DNA from: Thermoplasmatota archaeon | Lineage (GTDB): Archaea > Thermoplasmatota > Penumbrarchaeia > Penumbrarchaeales > Penumbrarchaeaceae | Reading direction: 5' to 3' | NCBI GenBank assembly: GCA_048569615.1 | Contig: JBLIRK010000005.1 | Location: 2,036 to 66,035 of the forward strand | Length of the DNA stretch: 64,000 nucleotides | Shown: positions 17,339 through 27,165 of the stretch, piece after piece | Position numbering within the stretch: position 1 is the first letter of the stretch | How the letters are laid out: each line of letters begins with the position of its first letter | Made by a program: the position numbers and the translations under genes | Notes under the pieces: model-generated | Told to the model about the DNA's origin: nothing | Seen by the model: the letters and a program-made list of their open reading frames with translations, nothing else | Databases searched by the model: none

Positions 17339-20300
17339 TCACTGCTGTGGATCGGGTAATTCCAAGTTCTCAACCGCTTCCACCTGGGTTGGATCGTATT
17401 CCACATCCATCTGCGGTCCCTCCATGCTTGCCGGCACTGCCTCCTGCGGATGGATGTTCTGGGGGGAAGGCTCCTGGGCAGGTTCCATAGGAGCACTCCA
17501 TGGCTGATCATACTGGTTGAGGGAAGCGGCAGCCGGCTGAAGTTGGGCCGTTTGCTCCCGCGGTGGGAACTGCTGCTGTGGAGGGTAGGTCTGCTGCGGC
17601 GGGAACTGGTATTGGTAGGGCTGCTGGGGGGGAAGAGCCCCCTGGCTGACACCCTGCAATCCAGGCTGTTGGGCCTCCTGCTGCTGTGGATACTGCTGGA
17701 TGTCCTGGGGCGGTACTGTCTTCTTCTTCCTTCTGATGAGCAGGAATATCACAGCCCCCGCGGCGATCAATACCGCTGCGACGGCAGCGGATATGCCGAT
17801 TACGGCGCCGATTCCCATGCCTTCCTCTTCCTTGCCGAGCTTCATCACGGCGGGTTCAGAATCAGGTCCCGCTCCAACTCCGTTCACTGCCTTCACGGTG
17901 TATGCGTAGGAGCTGCCGGGTTTGACATCGTTATCCACATAGGACGTTATCTCGTTGCTGACCGAGTGGATATTCGCCGGGTCTCCGCCGTCCTCGGACC
18001 TGTGGATCGTATACGAGGTGATCTCGGAGCCTCCGTCATCCTCCGGCTCATCCCAGGTGAGGACTATGGAATCTCCCTTTCTCTCGGCTTTCAGGTTCCT
18101 GGGGCTTGACGGAGGTCCCTTCGGAACGGCAGGGATGAAAAGGGCCTTCGCCGAGGCTCCCCTGATGTTCAAAGCTGAGATCCCGTAGTAATACTCGACT
18201 CCGTTCGTGACGTTCGGATCGATGTAGCTGCGGATGTCCGCACCCAGGTCCGCTATCTTCTCCATGTTATCGGGGGAATCTCCCCTGAACAATCTGTACC
18301 CCATAACCGGAGAGCCTCCGTCGTTGTCGGGGGCTTCCCAGGACAGATCGATCCTACCGTCCCGTTCAACTATGTCGAGGTCCTTCGGACCATCCGGAAC
18401 CCTCATGGGGACCGCGGAAACCTCGATGCTTTTGGCGGATTCGCTGAATTCGGTCACCGATGTGACGACGTAGAAGTACTCCACACCGTTGGTGACCTCG
18501 GAATCATTGACGCTCATCGTATCGCTGTACCCCAGGAGCTTGTGCTCCCCGGAAACGGTTCCCTTGTAGATATTGTAGTATAGGATGGGAAGCCCGCCGT
18601 CATTATCGGGTGCCTCCCATGTAATGACTATGAATTCGTCACCCGTGGTCAATACAGGACTCTTCGGAGGGCCCGGTCTGGCAATCGGCATCAATGCGAG
18701 GCTGTTGCTCCTTTCGGACTCACCCGCGGTGTTGAAGGCGGTTACCTGGTATTCGTACAGCATACCGTTGGTCAAGCCCGAGTGAAGGAAGAAATTCCCC
18801 GGGGCATCGACATCAAAGGTCCTTTCCTCTTCGAATATGACGCTGCTGCAGTAGATACGGTATAGGGAGATGGGATCTCCCCCCGTATTGCTCGGCGGTA
18901 TCCAGCTGATGTTCACGAACGAATTTCCCACCTCCTGATCGAAGATATGGGGGGCATCCGGGATCGTCATTGGGGTGGCGGACCTGTTCTCCGTGGGTTT
19001 GGATTCCCCCGCTTCGTTGAAGGCCGTCACATTGTAAACGTAGGTCATTCCGTTCACAACCGCGGTGTCGTTGTAAAAGAGCACGTGGGATCCCACGGTT
19101 GCGTGGAGCTTCCTGATACCGACCCCGTCCTCCTTGTAGATCCTGAATCCGAGGACGGGGAGGCCTCCATCCTCAAGGGGGGCCGACCACTCCAGCCTGA
19201 CCCATCTGTTGCCAGAGGCAATGGTGAGCTCCGGGGGTGCTGAAGGGACATCGGGAACGGATGCGTTGACGATCAGGGACGGGGGCGATTCCCCTACCTG
19301 ATTGAGCGCCGTCAATCTGTAGAAGTATATCCCGCCGAATTCGACATCCTTATCCTGATACTTCAACATCTGCGGCTCGACATCGGTAAGGGCATCAAGC
19401 TCGTTTGAAGCACTGCCCCTGTAGATCCTGTATCCCGTCAATGGGGATCCGCCGTTCTTCTCCGGAGCTTTCCATGTCAGGTTCACACATCCTATGCCCC
19501 TCTCGGCCGCCAGGTCCTTCGGCGGCCCGGTGATGCCTATGCTCATGCCGCTCTTTGCCGGGCTCCTCACGCTCTCCCCTATGCTGTTGTTCGCCGATAC
19601 GCTGTAGAAATACGGTACGCCGTTTTCGACATCCGGATCCGTGAAGGAGAGGTCAGTCAGCTTAGCATACCTATGCTGGTCAGCTGCGCTGCTTCCCCTG
19701 TAGATCGTATAATGGGTAACCGCCATCCCGCTGTCGAACAAGGGTTTTTCGAAGGAGATATTGATGCGGCCGACACCTCCCTGGACGACCAGGTTCCGTG
19801 GCTGGGAAGGGGGCGTGGAGAGATTCATCACTGTCACGAACCCGTCAAGCGCTCCCCTGCTGGAGGGATAAACAGTTCCGCTCGTTGTGGGGAAGTTGGA
19901 AGAATACGTGTATCCGGAAACGAAAGCCTCTCCGTTGCTGTCCACATGTACCGATGCAGCCTCTTCTGTATCGGACCCGCCCAGGTAGGATGAGAAAGCA
20001 AGGAATGAGCCAGCGTCTGACAATTTGAAGATGAAACAGTCCTCATCCCCTCCCTGGAAGGTCGTATAATCCGCGGTTGGGGTTGTTGGGAACCCCGAGC
20101 TGTCGGTATATCCCACAACATGTGCGAACTTATTCTCATCGATCCGTACGAATGTACCCCTTTCATTGCTGCCCGAGCCCACGTAGGTGGAGTATATTAG
20201 ATTGGAGCCCTGCGGGCCCAGTTTGGTGACGAAAACATCGTAATCTCCGCCGTTGAAGCTTGTGTCGTAGGCCCCGGCGGTTGTCGGGAAGTTCGATCCC

Positions 20301-21991
20301 GATCCGCCAGAGGTATATCCTGTGATGTAGGCGTTACCCTGCTTGTCGGCGGTTATCGAATACCCCTCATCATTCAGGTCCCCGCCCAACATCGTGCTGT
20401 AGATTAGGCTGTTCCCGTCAATATCGAACTTGAAGGCGATCACGTCCTCCGAACCCTGGAGTGATGCGCTGGTTGTTACCGGGAAATCCCTGGAATCCGT
20501 GAAACCCGTAACATAAACATCGTCCCCACTGTCCAGCCACAAAGAGTATCCGATCTCCGATTGGAAACCCCCCATATATGTGGAGTATTCCATTGACGAT
20601 CCCGTACTGGAAAGTCTGAATAGTATTATGTCCAACCACCCCTTGAGTTCCTCGCTGTATGCCCCGGATGTGGTTGGGAATTCGGTGGAGAATGTGTATC
20701 CCACAACGTAAGGTCTTCCACTGCTGTCAACGGCGATGTCCATCCCGACATCGTCGTCCTCGCCTGCCACATAGGTGGAGAATACGATATCTGTTCCCGC
20801 CGGATTGAACTTGGTGACAAACACATCATAGTACCATGTTTCGTTCCAGTGTGTCGAGTTGAAGGCGTTCTTCACGGGGAAGTCCTGGGAGGAAGTTTCT
20901 CCGGTGACGTAAACGTTCCCGCCGGTATCGAAGCATATGCCGTACCCCCAGTCGTAATCGCTTCCGCCCAGGTAGGTGCTGAACGCTATCGAGGTCAGAT
21001 CCTTGTTCAGCTTGAAGGCGAATGCATCGATCCAGTCCAACATGGAGGTCTTGTAGGCACCTGAAGTGACCGGAAAGTTCATGGATACGGTGACCCCCGT
21101 GCAATAGGTGTTCCCCGAAGCGTCAAGACAGCTCTTGGATATCAGCTCCTCGCTCGATCCCCCGTAATAGGTCGATGATACCAGAGGATCGATCACTATC
21201 CTCCTTTCCGGGTCACGACCGGACACCAGGAATCCGTAGGTATTTTGGTCCACCTTCCTGAAGTGTACCGGAAGGCTTTCCTTACCTCCGTCCCCGTACC
21301 AGGCAGCCGGGCTGTCCTCGGTCAGTGCTTCTCCGATGGGGGTGGATATGACCAGCCTTCCATCCGTGATGCCCAGGCCGGAGTGGCCTTCGACATCGAA
21401 GAGGATAGCTTCCGTATCCGCCCCGGGACCTAAGATGATATCGTATTTCAGGGAACCTCCGTGCAGGGAGAAAATGATGTCCGTATCTTCCCAAACGCCT
21501 GTATATTGAACCTTTTCGAAGCTCCCCACCCCACAGCTGTATCTTGACGGGTCGTTCCCAAGAATGAAGTTGGTATTGGAGGATACCTTCGATATCCCAG
21601 AAGGCCTGACGCAGCTTGAAGAGCGGAAAGAGACCTTCAGGACAGCGCCGTCGATAGAGGTGTCCGCCTCTTCTCCGGATCTCGCGGGGAGCCGGTCCTT
21701 CATTTCGGTCATGAATGAGGCCATTTTCGACCTGTCCATCAGGTTGTAGTATATGCTGCTCTCCCCGAGTGCCACGTGACCGAAATCGGTTGAGGCCACG
21801 AAACAGAACTCTTCGCTCCACTGACCCAGGTTCTCCATGAAAATCCCATATGCGCCGCTGTAATCCCGATCCTGATGATCCGTTCCGGTCCCAGTGAGGA
21901 CGTCGGAAACAACCGGTCCGCTCCATGGTCCGCAGATCATGCCTGCAAGAAGGAATAGCGACATGCTGACAACAGCAAATTCATTTCTCAT
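17339..21991 (-). CDS. Giant surface protein (1550 aa): signal peptide, SBBP-type beta-propeller repeats, about 7 fibronectin-III-like domains, a TM anchor and a 135-aa Pro/Gln-rich cytoplasmic tail
   Basis: N-terminal MSLFLLAGMICG. Repeats of the type YLGGSDYDWGYGI..., YVAGEDDDVGMDIAVD and MLGGDLNDEGYSITAD are SBBP-like. FN3-like units end in ...YFYRLTALNQVGES and ...YEYQVTAFNTAGES. TM helix GIGAVIGISAAVAAVLIAAGAVIFLLI then RRKKK. Tail PQQ/PPQQ-rich. Confidence 0.75.
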   Translation of the reverse strand: MRNEFAVVSMSLFLLAGMICGPWSGPVVSDVLTGTGTDHQDRDYSGAYGIFMENLGQWSEEFCFVASTDFGHVALGESSIYYNLMDRSKMASFMTEMKDRLPARSGEEADTSIDGAVLKVSFRSSSCVRPSGISKVSSNTNFILGNDPSRYSCGVGSFEKVQYTGVWEDTDIIFSLHGGSLKYDIILGPGADTEAILFDVEGHSGLGITDGRLVISTPIGEALTEDSPAAWYGDGGKESLPVHFRKVDQNTYGFLVSGRDPERRIVIDPLVSSTYYGGSSEELISKSCLDASGNTYCTGVTVSMNFPVTSGAYKTSMLDWIDAFAFKLNKDLTSIAFSTYLGGSDYDWGYGICFDTGGNVYVTGETSSQDFPVKNAFNSTHWNETWYYDVFVTKFNPAGTDIVFSTYVAGEDDDVGMDIAVDSSGRPYVVGYTFSTEFPTTSGAYSEELKGWLDIILFRLSSTGSSMEYSTYMGGFQSEIGYSLWLDSGDDVYVTGFTDSRDFPVTTSASLQGSEDVIAFKFDIDGNSLIYSTMLGGDLNDEGYSITADKQGNAYITGYTSGGSGSNFPTTAGAYDTSFNGGDYDVFVTKLGPQGSNLIYSTYVGSGSNERGTFVRIDENKFAHVVGYTDSSGFPTTPTADYTTFQGGDEDCFIFKLSDAGSFLAFSSYLGGSDTEEAASVHVDSNGEAFVSGYTYSSNFPTTSGTVYPSSRGALDGFVTVMNLSTPPSQPRNLVVQGGVGRINISFEKPLFDSGMAVTHYTIYRGSSAADQHRYAKLTDLSFTDPDVENGVPYFYSVSANNSIGESVRSPAKSGMSIGITGPPKDLAAERGIGCVNLTWKAPEKNGGSPLTGYRIYRGSASNELDALTDVEPQMLKYQDKDVEFGGIYFYRLTALNQVGESPPSLIVNASVPDVPSAPPELTIASGNRWVRLEWSAPLEDGGLPVLGFRIYKEDGVGIRKLHATVGSHVLFYNDTAVVNGMTYVYNVTAFNEAGESKPTENRSATPMTIPDAPHIFDQEVGNSFVNISWIPPSNTGGDPISLYRIYCSSVIFEEERTFDVDAPGNFFLHSGLTNGMLYEYQVTAFNTAGESERSNSLALMPIARPGPPKSPVLTTGDEFIVITWEAPDNDGGLPILYYNIYKGTVSGEHKLLGYSDTMSVNDSEVTNGVEYFYVVTSVTEFSESAKSIEVSAVPMRVPDGPKDLDIVERDGRIDLSWEAPDNDGGSPVMGYRLFRGDSPDNMEKIADLGADIRSYIDPNVTNGVEYYYGISALNIRGASAKALFIPAVPKGPPSSPRNLKAERKGDSIVLTWDEPEDDGGSEITSYTIHRSEDGGDPANIHSVSNEITSYVDNDVKPGSSYAYTVKAVNGVGAGPDSEPAVMKLGKEEEGMGIGAVIGISAAVAAVLIAAGAVIFLLIRRKKKTVPPQDIQQYPQQQEAQQPGLQGVSQGALPPQQPYQYQFPPQQTYPPQQQFPPREQTAQLQPAAASLNQYDQPWSAPMEPAQEPSPQNIHPQEAVPASMEGPQMDVEYDPTQVEAVENLELPDPQQ

Positions 21992-22095
21992 TTTGGCTCC
22001 CCCCTCCGTTCGGTGTGCCGGGCAATAATTCTATGTTGTAGTATTTCTCTCTTTCCGGAAATAGCGTAGAATTGTGGGACTTAGGCTGATCCCTG

Positions 22096-23664
22096 CTAAT
22101 GATCTAGGATGGAAAGCCGATAAGCGATTATTCCCATAGCCGTTGCGGTTTCAAGGGGGATGTTCCTTCCGGTGAGCTCCATGTGATATTCCACCCAGTT
22201 CAGGACGGTTTTGGGGAGCCCTTGCTTGCCCAGGCCCATGATCAGAAGAAGACGATATCTGTTAGAACCTCCGGGGACGCCTCCCTCCTCCATCTGCCTC
22301 AAGGTTTTTTCAGGGTCCGGCCTGGATGTGGTTGCCACTGGCAGCCATCCCTTATCGATCCGGACGGGGACCCCGTTCATCTCGGTATGGATCAGATGTA
22401 TCCTTCCCCGTTCGAATAGGGCTCTGAGATATCTGCCTCCCTCCCCGATATTGGTCTCCTTTGATGCCTTCTTCACCAGAGCTCCCAGGTCCTCGGTTGG
22501 AAAGCCGATCAGGGCGAGGTCCAGGTCGAATCCGTAACAGAGGGGAGCCGCCCTGGAAAGGGCCCTGATGTGCGTCTGCTTGACGGCTCCTTCGTAGGAG
22601 TCGTAAAGGCCCAGGATATGCCTCCTAACGGGAGTTTGTATTTTTTCCGATCCGGTCCTGTTTTGGATCTTTTTTTGGGCTTCTTTCTTTTTTTCATTAT
22701 CTTCTTGGGGTAATTTTCTCCCTCCTCCCGCATGCAGACGCTCCATGTCCCTGGCAAGATGAGCTTCGAGCTCCCTTCTGAGGGCCTCGTCGGTGCATCT
22801 TTTCGTATCTGATGCAGCCTTTTCGATCAGGTCCAATGCGGTTTCACGCTCCCCTAGCCTGTCGCGGGCCGATGAGAGATATGAAAGTACCTTCACCCTG
22901 TCCCCGGTATCTTCCAGGTCGGCCGCTCCGGTGGAGATGAAATCAAGAAATTCCGTGCTCCCCGCGTTGGAGCACAAGTAGGAGAGGCAGCCGGTCCTGT
23001 CCTCTTTCCCGCATTTCATGGCGGCATCCACTGCTTCTTTGAACACATCGTGATCGGGCTCCCTGGACCTGTCTCTAAGTAGCTGGATATGGAGATAGCC
23101 GAGTGTGAGAGCCCTGATCCTCGGGGATCCGATACCCTTCAGGATACCTGAGATCTCCCCGAGGATCGATGGATCCCCGGGGCATCCGGTGGCCCAGGTC
23201 CGTATGATCACCTTGCTGTCCTCCAGCTCGAAACCTCTGTTGGAAACGATCCTCCGTAGCATTCCGGGGAGAGCATGGCAGGGGAGCCGGGGGGCGCACC
23301 TCTTCGTCACCTCCGAGAGGTCCTTTCCCCCGGGAAATCCAAGGACCATTTCCGTGATGCTCTCCTGAAAGTACCCTTTAGCATCCCCTTCCAGCCTGTC
23401 GGACATTTTCATGAGTTCGGAGAGGACCTCCGCCCTTCTCCAGAGGGGCTCTACGGTTCCCGCTTCTTGTATGATCTCGTCGGGGTCCGCTTCCCATCCG
23501 TTGAGAATGAAAAGCATCCTGGATTGAGATCTGAAGTAGGGGTCGCCGATATCCCCGAGGCTGTAGGTGAGCCTGCTCCTTTCGAACCCTTTCTTGATCT
23601 CCCTTCGCACGGTCCTGAACTTGACGGCATCGTTCGGTCCGGTCTTGGCTCCCATGGGGCTCAA
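22096..23664 (-). CDS. Hypothetical cytoplasmic protein, 522 aa, no recognisable domain
   Basis: Long ORF on the coding-dense minus strand with normal amino-acid composition and no TM. No known motif identified by eye. Confidence 0.5.
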   Translation of the reverse strand: MSPMGAKTGPNDAVKFRTVRREIKKGFERSRLTYSLGDIGDPYFRSQSRMLFILNGWEADPDEIIQEAGTVEPLWRRAEVLSELMKMSDRLEGDAKGYFQESITEMVLGFPGGKDLSEVTKRCAPRLPCHALPGMLRRIVSNRGFELEDSKVIIRTWATGCPGDPSILGEISGILKGIGSPRIRALTLGYLHIQLLRDRSREPDHDVFKEAVDAAMKCGKEDRTGCLSYLCSNAGSTEFLDFISTGAADLEDTGDRVKVLSYLSSARDRLGERETALDLIEKAASDTKRCTDEALRRELEAHLARDMERLHAGGGRKLPQEDNEKKKEAQKKIQNRTGSEKIQTPVRRHILGLYDSYEGAVKQTHIRALSRAAPLCYGFDLDLALIGFPTEDLGALVKKASKETNIGEGGRYLRALFERGRIHLIHTEMNGVPVRIDKGWLPVATTSRPDPEKTLRQMEEGGVPGGSNRYRLLLIMGLGKQGLPKTVLNWVEYHMELTGRNIPLETATAMGIIAYRLSILDH

Positions 23665-23699
23665 TGGGGCGGGGTAATTAAATCATTTCACAGGTGAAC

Positions 23700-24548
23700 T
23701 CAGTCCTCATCGGTGGGGTCCCATCCGGTGCGGAGGTCCTCGTCGAGACCGTCCAGAGCGGTCCTCTGCTCAATGCCGAGCTCGAAATCGAAGATCCGGG
23801 AGTTCTCTCTGATCCTCTCTTGTTTTGTGGATTTGGGTATGGCGACGACCTCGGTTTCCAGGACCCATCTGAGAAGAACCTGGGCTGGTGTCCTTCCAAG
23901 CTCGTCCGCTATTCCAACGACCGCGGGATCATCCAGTCTCTGGCCCTTTGTCAGCGGGCTGTAGGATTCAAGCTGGATACCATTCTTCCTGCAGAATTCC
24001 AGGAGATCTTTCTGGATTGTGAAGGGGCTGTATTCGACCTGGTTCACCGCCGGGACGATGTCCGAGCTGTCCATGAGCTCCTCCAGGTGCTTTATGGTGT
24101 AATTGGAAACTCCGATGGACCTCGCATACCCTTCCCTGTTCAGCTCCACCATGGCTCTCCAGCTCTCCTTCCTCAGACCCTTCACGGGCCAGTGCTGGAG
24201 GTAGAGGTCGACGTAATCGGTCCCGAGCATCTCGAGGCTCTTGCGGAGCGCCTTCCCGGCTTTCTCGTAACCATGGTCCGCGTTCCAGAGCTTTGTTGAT
24301 ATGAACACCTCGGATCGGTCCCTGTCGCTCTCCCTTATCCCGGCAGCGACATCCCTCTCATTGCCGTAGATAGTGGCCGTGTCCACCATCCTGTACCCGA
24401 GGTCAACTGCGGTCCTGACGGCTTCCCTCGTCTGCCTCCCTATGCCGGACCTGTAGGTGCCCAGGCCGAAGACGGGCATCTTCTCACCGTTGTTCAGCCT
24501 TATCCGCGAATCTATCCGTAGGTCCTTCCACTGCGCTCCCATATCCAT
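23700..24548 (-). CDS. Aldo/keto reductase. The ORF track extends to 24746, but the AKR fold starts at internal Met 24548.
   Basis: LNNGEKMPVFGLGTY, TATIYGNE, ISTKLWN, VDLYLQHWP, IGVSNY and the C-terminal AKR motif IPKS...RIREN. Confidence 0.85.
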   Translation of the reverse strand: MDMGAQWKDLRIDSRIRLNNGEKMPVFGLGTYRSGIGRQTREAVRTAVDLGYRMVDTATIYGNERDVAAGIRESDRDRSEVFISTKLWNADHGYEKAGKALRKSLEMLGTDYVDLYLQHWPVKGLRKESWRAMVELNREGYARSIGVSNYTIKHLEELMDSSDIVPAVNQVEYSPFTIQKDLLEFCRKNGIQLESYSPLTKGQRLDDPAVVGIADELGRTPAQVLLRWVLETEVVAIPKSTKQERIRENSRIFDFELGIEQRTALDGLDEDLRTGWDPTDED

Positions 24549-24604
24549 GTGTATCGATGTGCATTGTATATAAGTAATCCATGAACCTTTAGAACCGCTG
24601 AATC

Positions 24605-25246
24605 TCACATCCGAGGTCTTCTGACATTTTCGGTCTCCACCTTCATGATGCCGTATTCGTATTCTCCCCCGAAGTTCATCCTGGTCTGATATCCTGTTGT
24701 CTCCGCTTTCATCTCCTTTGAAGATCTGGACAGCTCGTCGATCCATCTCTTATGGGTTTTATCATCAATGTATTCTATACCTAGAGTGGCAAGTGCTCTG
24801 CATATCAGGTCCTCCTTCCTTTCGAGTTCCTTGTCACCCGGTTTTATCCTGACCAGATAGACCCTGTATCTGGATTCATCGACAATGTGTATTCCCTTCA
24901 TATAAGGATATGAGTACCTTGCCTTTTCCAAAGAATATATGACCTTTACGAAATCATGTACCCTGAAGGTATTCCGCTTGATGACCTCGATCCGATCCTG
25001 ATAGACCAGAAGATAATAGGGGTAGAAATCGCTGATCATCATCAGGGGAATGAAAAGGAAGAAGGTGACGGCAACGAACAAGAGTATGAAGAATGCAATC
25101 CCCTGACCGCTTCCCAACAGGATCCATACGATCGATAGCCCGGCGGCGGCTCCCCACATCAGTATAAAAAGTGAAACGGTCAATGCGAAATAGAGGGGAT
25201 GGTTCAAACTCATCTCCAGAGCCAGAATGGGTTCCTCTTTTTTCAC
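24605..25246 (-). CDS. Membrane protein (2 N-terminal TM helices) with a possible bacterial-PH-like cytoplasmic domain
   Basis: Hydrophobic segments, then YLLVYQDRIEVIKRNTFRV...IHIVDESRYRVYLV, a pattern reminiscent of YdbT/bPH_2. Weak. Confidence 0.4.
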   Translation of the reverse strand: MKKEEPILALEMSLNHPLYFALTVSLFILMWGAAAGLSIVWILLGSGQGIAFFILLFVAVTFFLFIPLMMISDFYPYYLLVYQDRIEVIKRNTFRVHDFVKVIYSLEKARYSYPYMKGIHIVDESRYRVYLVRIKPGDKELERKEDLICRALATLGIEYIDDKTHKRWIDELSRSSKEMKAETTGYQTRMNFGGEYEYGIMKVETENVRRPRM

Positions 25247-25277
25247 ATCCGCTCCCCCGTATTCCGGGCTGGGAGGT

Positions 25278-25595
25278 CTATGATAATAGAATTATTAAAA
25301 AGGTCACGACACCGATGACCAGCAGTCCTGTGCCGACACCCAGACCAATATTCTTCATCTTCTTCTCTTTCCGGTTCAAGGGCCGGATCCTTCCCTCCTT
25401 CCTGTACTTGGCCTCAATGGAGGATCCTATGACAGTTCCTATTGAAACTCCGATGGCGGGACCGAATGAAAAGAAGACCGGATTGCCGGTAGAGACTACA
25501 AGTGGAATGCCCACGGCCAAGAAAATGGCCGTGCCTATAACCATCCATAAACCGATGAAATGTCCCTCCGGGTAAAGGGCTCTCCTCTCCTCCAT
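25278..25595 (-). CDS. Small membrane protein (105 aa, about 3 TM)
   Basis: ORF with three hydrophobic helices. No family recognised. Confidence 0.35.
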   Translation of the reverse strand: MEERRALYPEGHFIGLWMVIGTAIFLAVGIPLVVSTGNPVFFSFGPAIGVSIGTVIGSSIEAKYRKEGRIRPLNRKEKKMKNIGLGVGTGLLVIGVVTFLIILLS

Positions 25596-25735
25596 GATAA
25601 TTCAACCACGGAGGCATGGATATAAATGTTTTATTGTACAGTAGTGAAAACTAACTGGATTCCGGATCTCCCTTATCCAAATCTGGCCTAGAAATAGAAA
25701 AATAGTTTAAGCCACATTCCACAACGGGAAGGGAT

Positions 25736-26284
25736 ATGAGAATGGAGAATGATTTGAGATCAACACGATCCAGACATAGGGTCGCTAAAATGGACAGACC
25801 CGAATATGACGATCCCAAGGAGATCGAAAGGTTCCGGAGGATAAAGACCATTCTGAAGGCAGTGGGATTTCCTCTGCTCATAATAGGGGTAATCGTAGAG
25901 CTTACGGGGCTGATATTGTTCTTCAGCCTCTTCTTCATGGACGATCCGATACCTTTCTGGAGAGCTCCCGTTGGCATTATATTGATGGCAGCTGGGGGTT
26001 TCATGACAATGATCGGATTGGTCATGCTGTGGAACGCCTATATCGGGAAGTTCGCGAAATACTATTCAACCGAGATGAAGGGAGCTTATTCCAAAGCAGG
26101 CGACGGACTGGGTTACGGATTCGCACACGGTGCGAGGAGGGCAGGAGCCTTCAATTTGGGCTCTCCTGCCAACTCCAGGGGGGGTTATGGCAGCAGAGAA
26201 GTCGTGAAAGTGAGGTGCAGAAGCTGCGGTTACCTTGATTCCGAGGATGCGAGGTTCTGCAGTAAATGCGGCAAAAGGCTTTGA
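25736..26284 (+). CDS. Membrane protein (2 TM) with a C-terminal zinc-ribbon (CRSCG...CSKCG)
   Basis: Two TM helices followed by a Gly-rich linker and C-x2-C-x13-C-x2-C. Confidence 0.45.
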   Translation: MRMENDLRSTRSRHRVAKMDRPEYDDPKEIERFRRIKTILKAVGFPLLIIGVIVELTGLILFFSLFFMDDPIPFWRAPVGIILMAAGGFMTMIGLVMLWNAYIGKFAKYYSTEMKGAYSKAGDGLGYGFAHGARRAGAFNLGSPANSRGGYGSREVVKVRCRSCGYLDSEDARFCSKCGKRL

Positions 26285-26514
26285 TCCCATCATTTGATCC
26301 TAGGATATCTCAGCAGGATAACGGTCCTGCATGGTTTGGCGGTGCATTCTTTCGGTTCGAGCGAATCCAATTCGAACAGGTCATTTCCAATCATTTTCCT
26401 CTCCGGCAACGTTACACCCTTGCTTTTCATGATGATTACCAATATGTTGTAATACATTACTATATTAGTAATTGTAGCTTAACAATATTATTACCCCCTG
26501 TGTTTTCCTCCTCC

Positions 26515-26769
26515 ATGGTCTGGACATCTGCGATAGGTTTCATTGCGGCCGTGCTTACAACATCATCCTTCGTGCCCCAGGTGGTCAAGGTGGTAAGGAC
26601 CAAGCATACGAAGGATATCTCACTTTTAATGTATGTCATCATCACCTTGGGCATTTCGATGTGGCTTGCCTACGGAATATTTATCCACGACCTGCCGGTT
26701 ATCGCCGCCAATGCTGTGACCCTCGTATTCGTTCTTCTCGTCCTGTTCTTCAAGATCAGATACAGGTAG
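26515..26769 (+). CDS. SemiSWEET / PQ-loop (MtN3-like) 3-TM sugar transporter, 84 aa. It is the 3' part of ORF 26266..26769, starting at internal ATG 26515.
   Basis: MVWTSAIGFIAAVLTTSSFVPQVVKVVRTKHTKDISLLMYVI... carries the PQ-loop motif and three TM helices. The 5' 83 codons of the ORF run through an A/T-rich, promoter-like region. Confidence 0.7.
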   Translation: MVWTSAIGFIAAVLTTSSFVPQVVKVVRTKHTKDISLLMYVIITLGISMWLAYGIFIHDLPVIAANAVTLVFVLLVLFFKIRYR

Positions 26770-26777
26770 GAACCGTT

Positions 26778-27119
26778 TCAATCTCCCCTTGGTTTCACGG
26801 TATTCCCTTCGACCATGAGGACGACAGTTCTTTCCTCCGCCCTCGTTCGATGCTCCACCCCCCTGGGTACAGTGAAACCCTGATGGGGGAGCAGCTCCAC
26901 GGTACCTTCGGGAAGGTCCAGAAGCAGCCTTCCGCTGAGTACAAGGAAGAACTCATCCTCCCTGTCGTGATGGTGCCAGTGGAACTCGCCCTCGAAAATG
27001 CCCATCCTGACGAGGCAGTCGTTGACCTCGGAAAAGGAGAAATTGGTCCATTTCTCCCGGGTCCTTTCCACCATGGTGTCGATATCGATGACCTTCATTT
27101 GACCCTTATTTTCAAGCAC
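26778..27119 (-). CDS. Cupin-domain protein
   Basis: 113 aa. G(F)TVPRGVEHRTRAEERTVVLMVE matches the cupin metal-site motifs. Confidence 0.65.
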   Translation of the reverse strand: MLENKGQMKVIDIDTMVERTREKWTNFSFSEVNDCLVRMGIFEGEFHWHHHDREDEFFLVLSGRLLLDLPEGTVELLPHQGFTVPRGVEHRTRAEERTVVLMVEGNTVKPRGD

Positions 27120-27165
27120 CAGCTCACTTCCTGACCTTAAGAGAAGTCTTCGTATTTCATGGATC

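Noticed and set aside
26285-26514. Possible tRNA or structured RNA in the intergenic region (GGTTCGAGCGAATCCAATTCGAAC hairpin-like)
   Set aside because: There is no cloverleaf. I could not identify an acceptor stem, a T-loop GTTCRANYC with a matching stem, or an anticodon arm. It is more likely a short terminator-like hairpin after the zinc-ribbon gene, followed by the SemiSWEET promoter.
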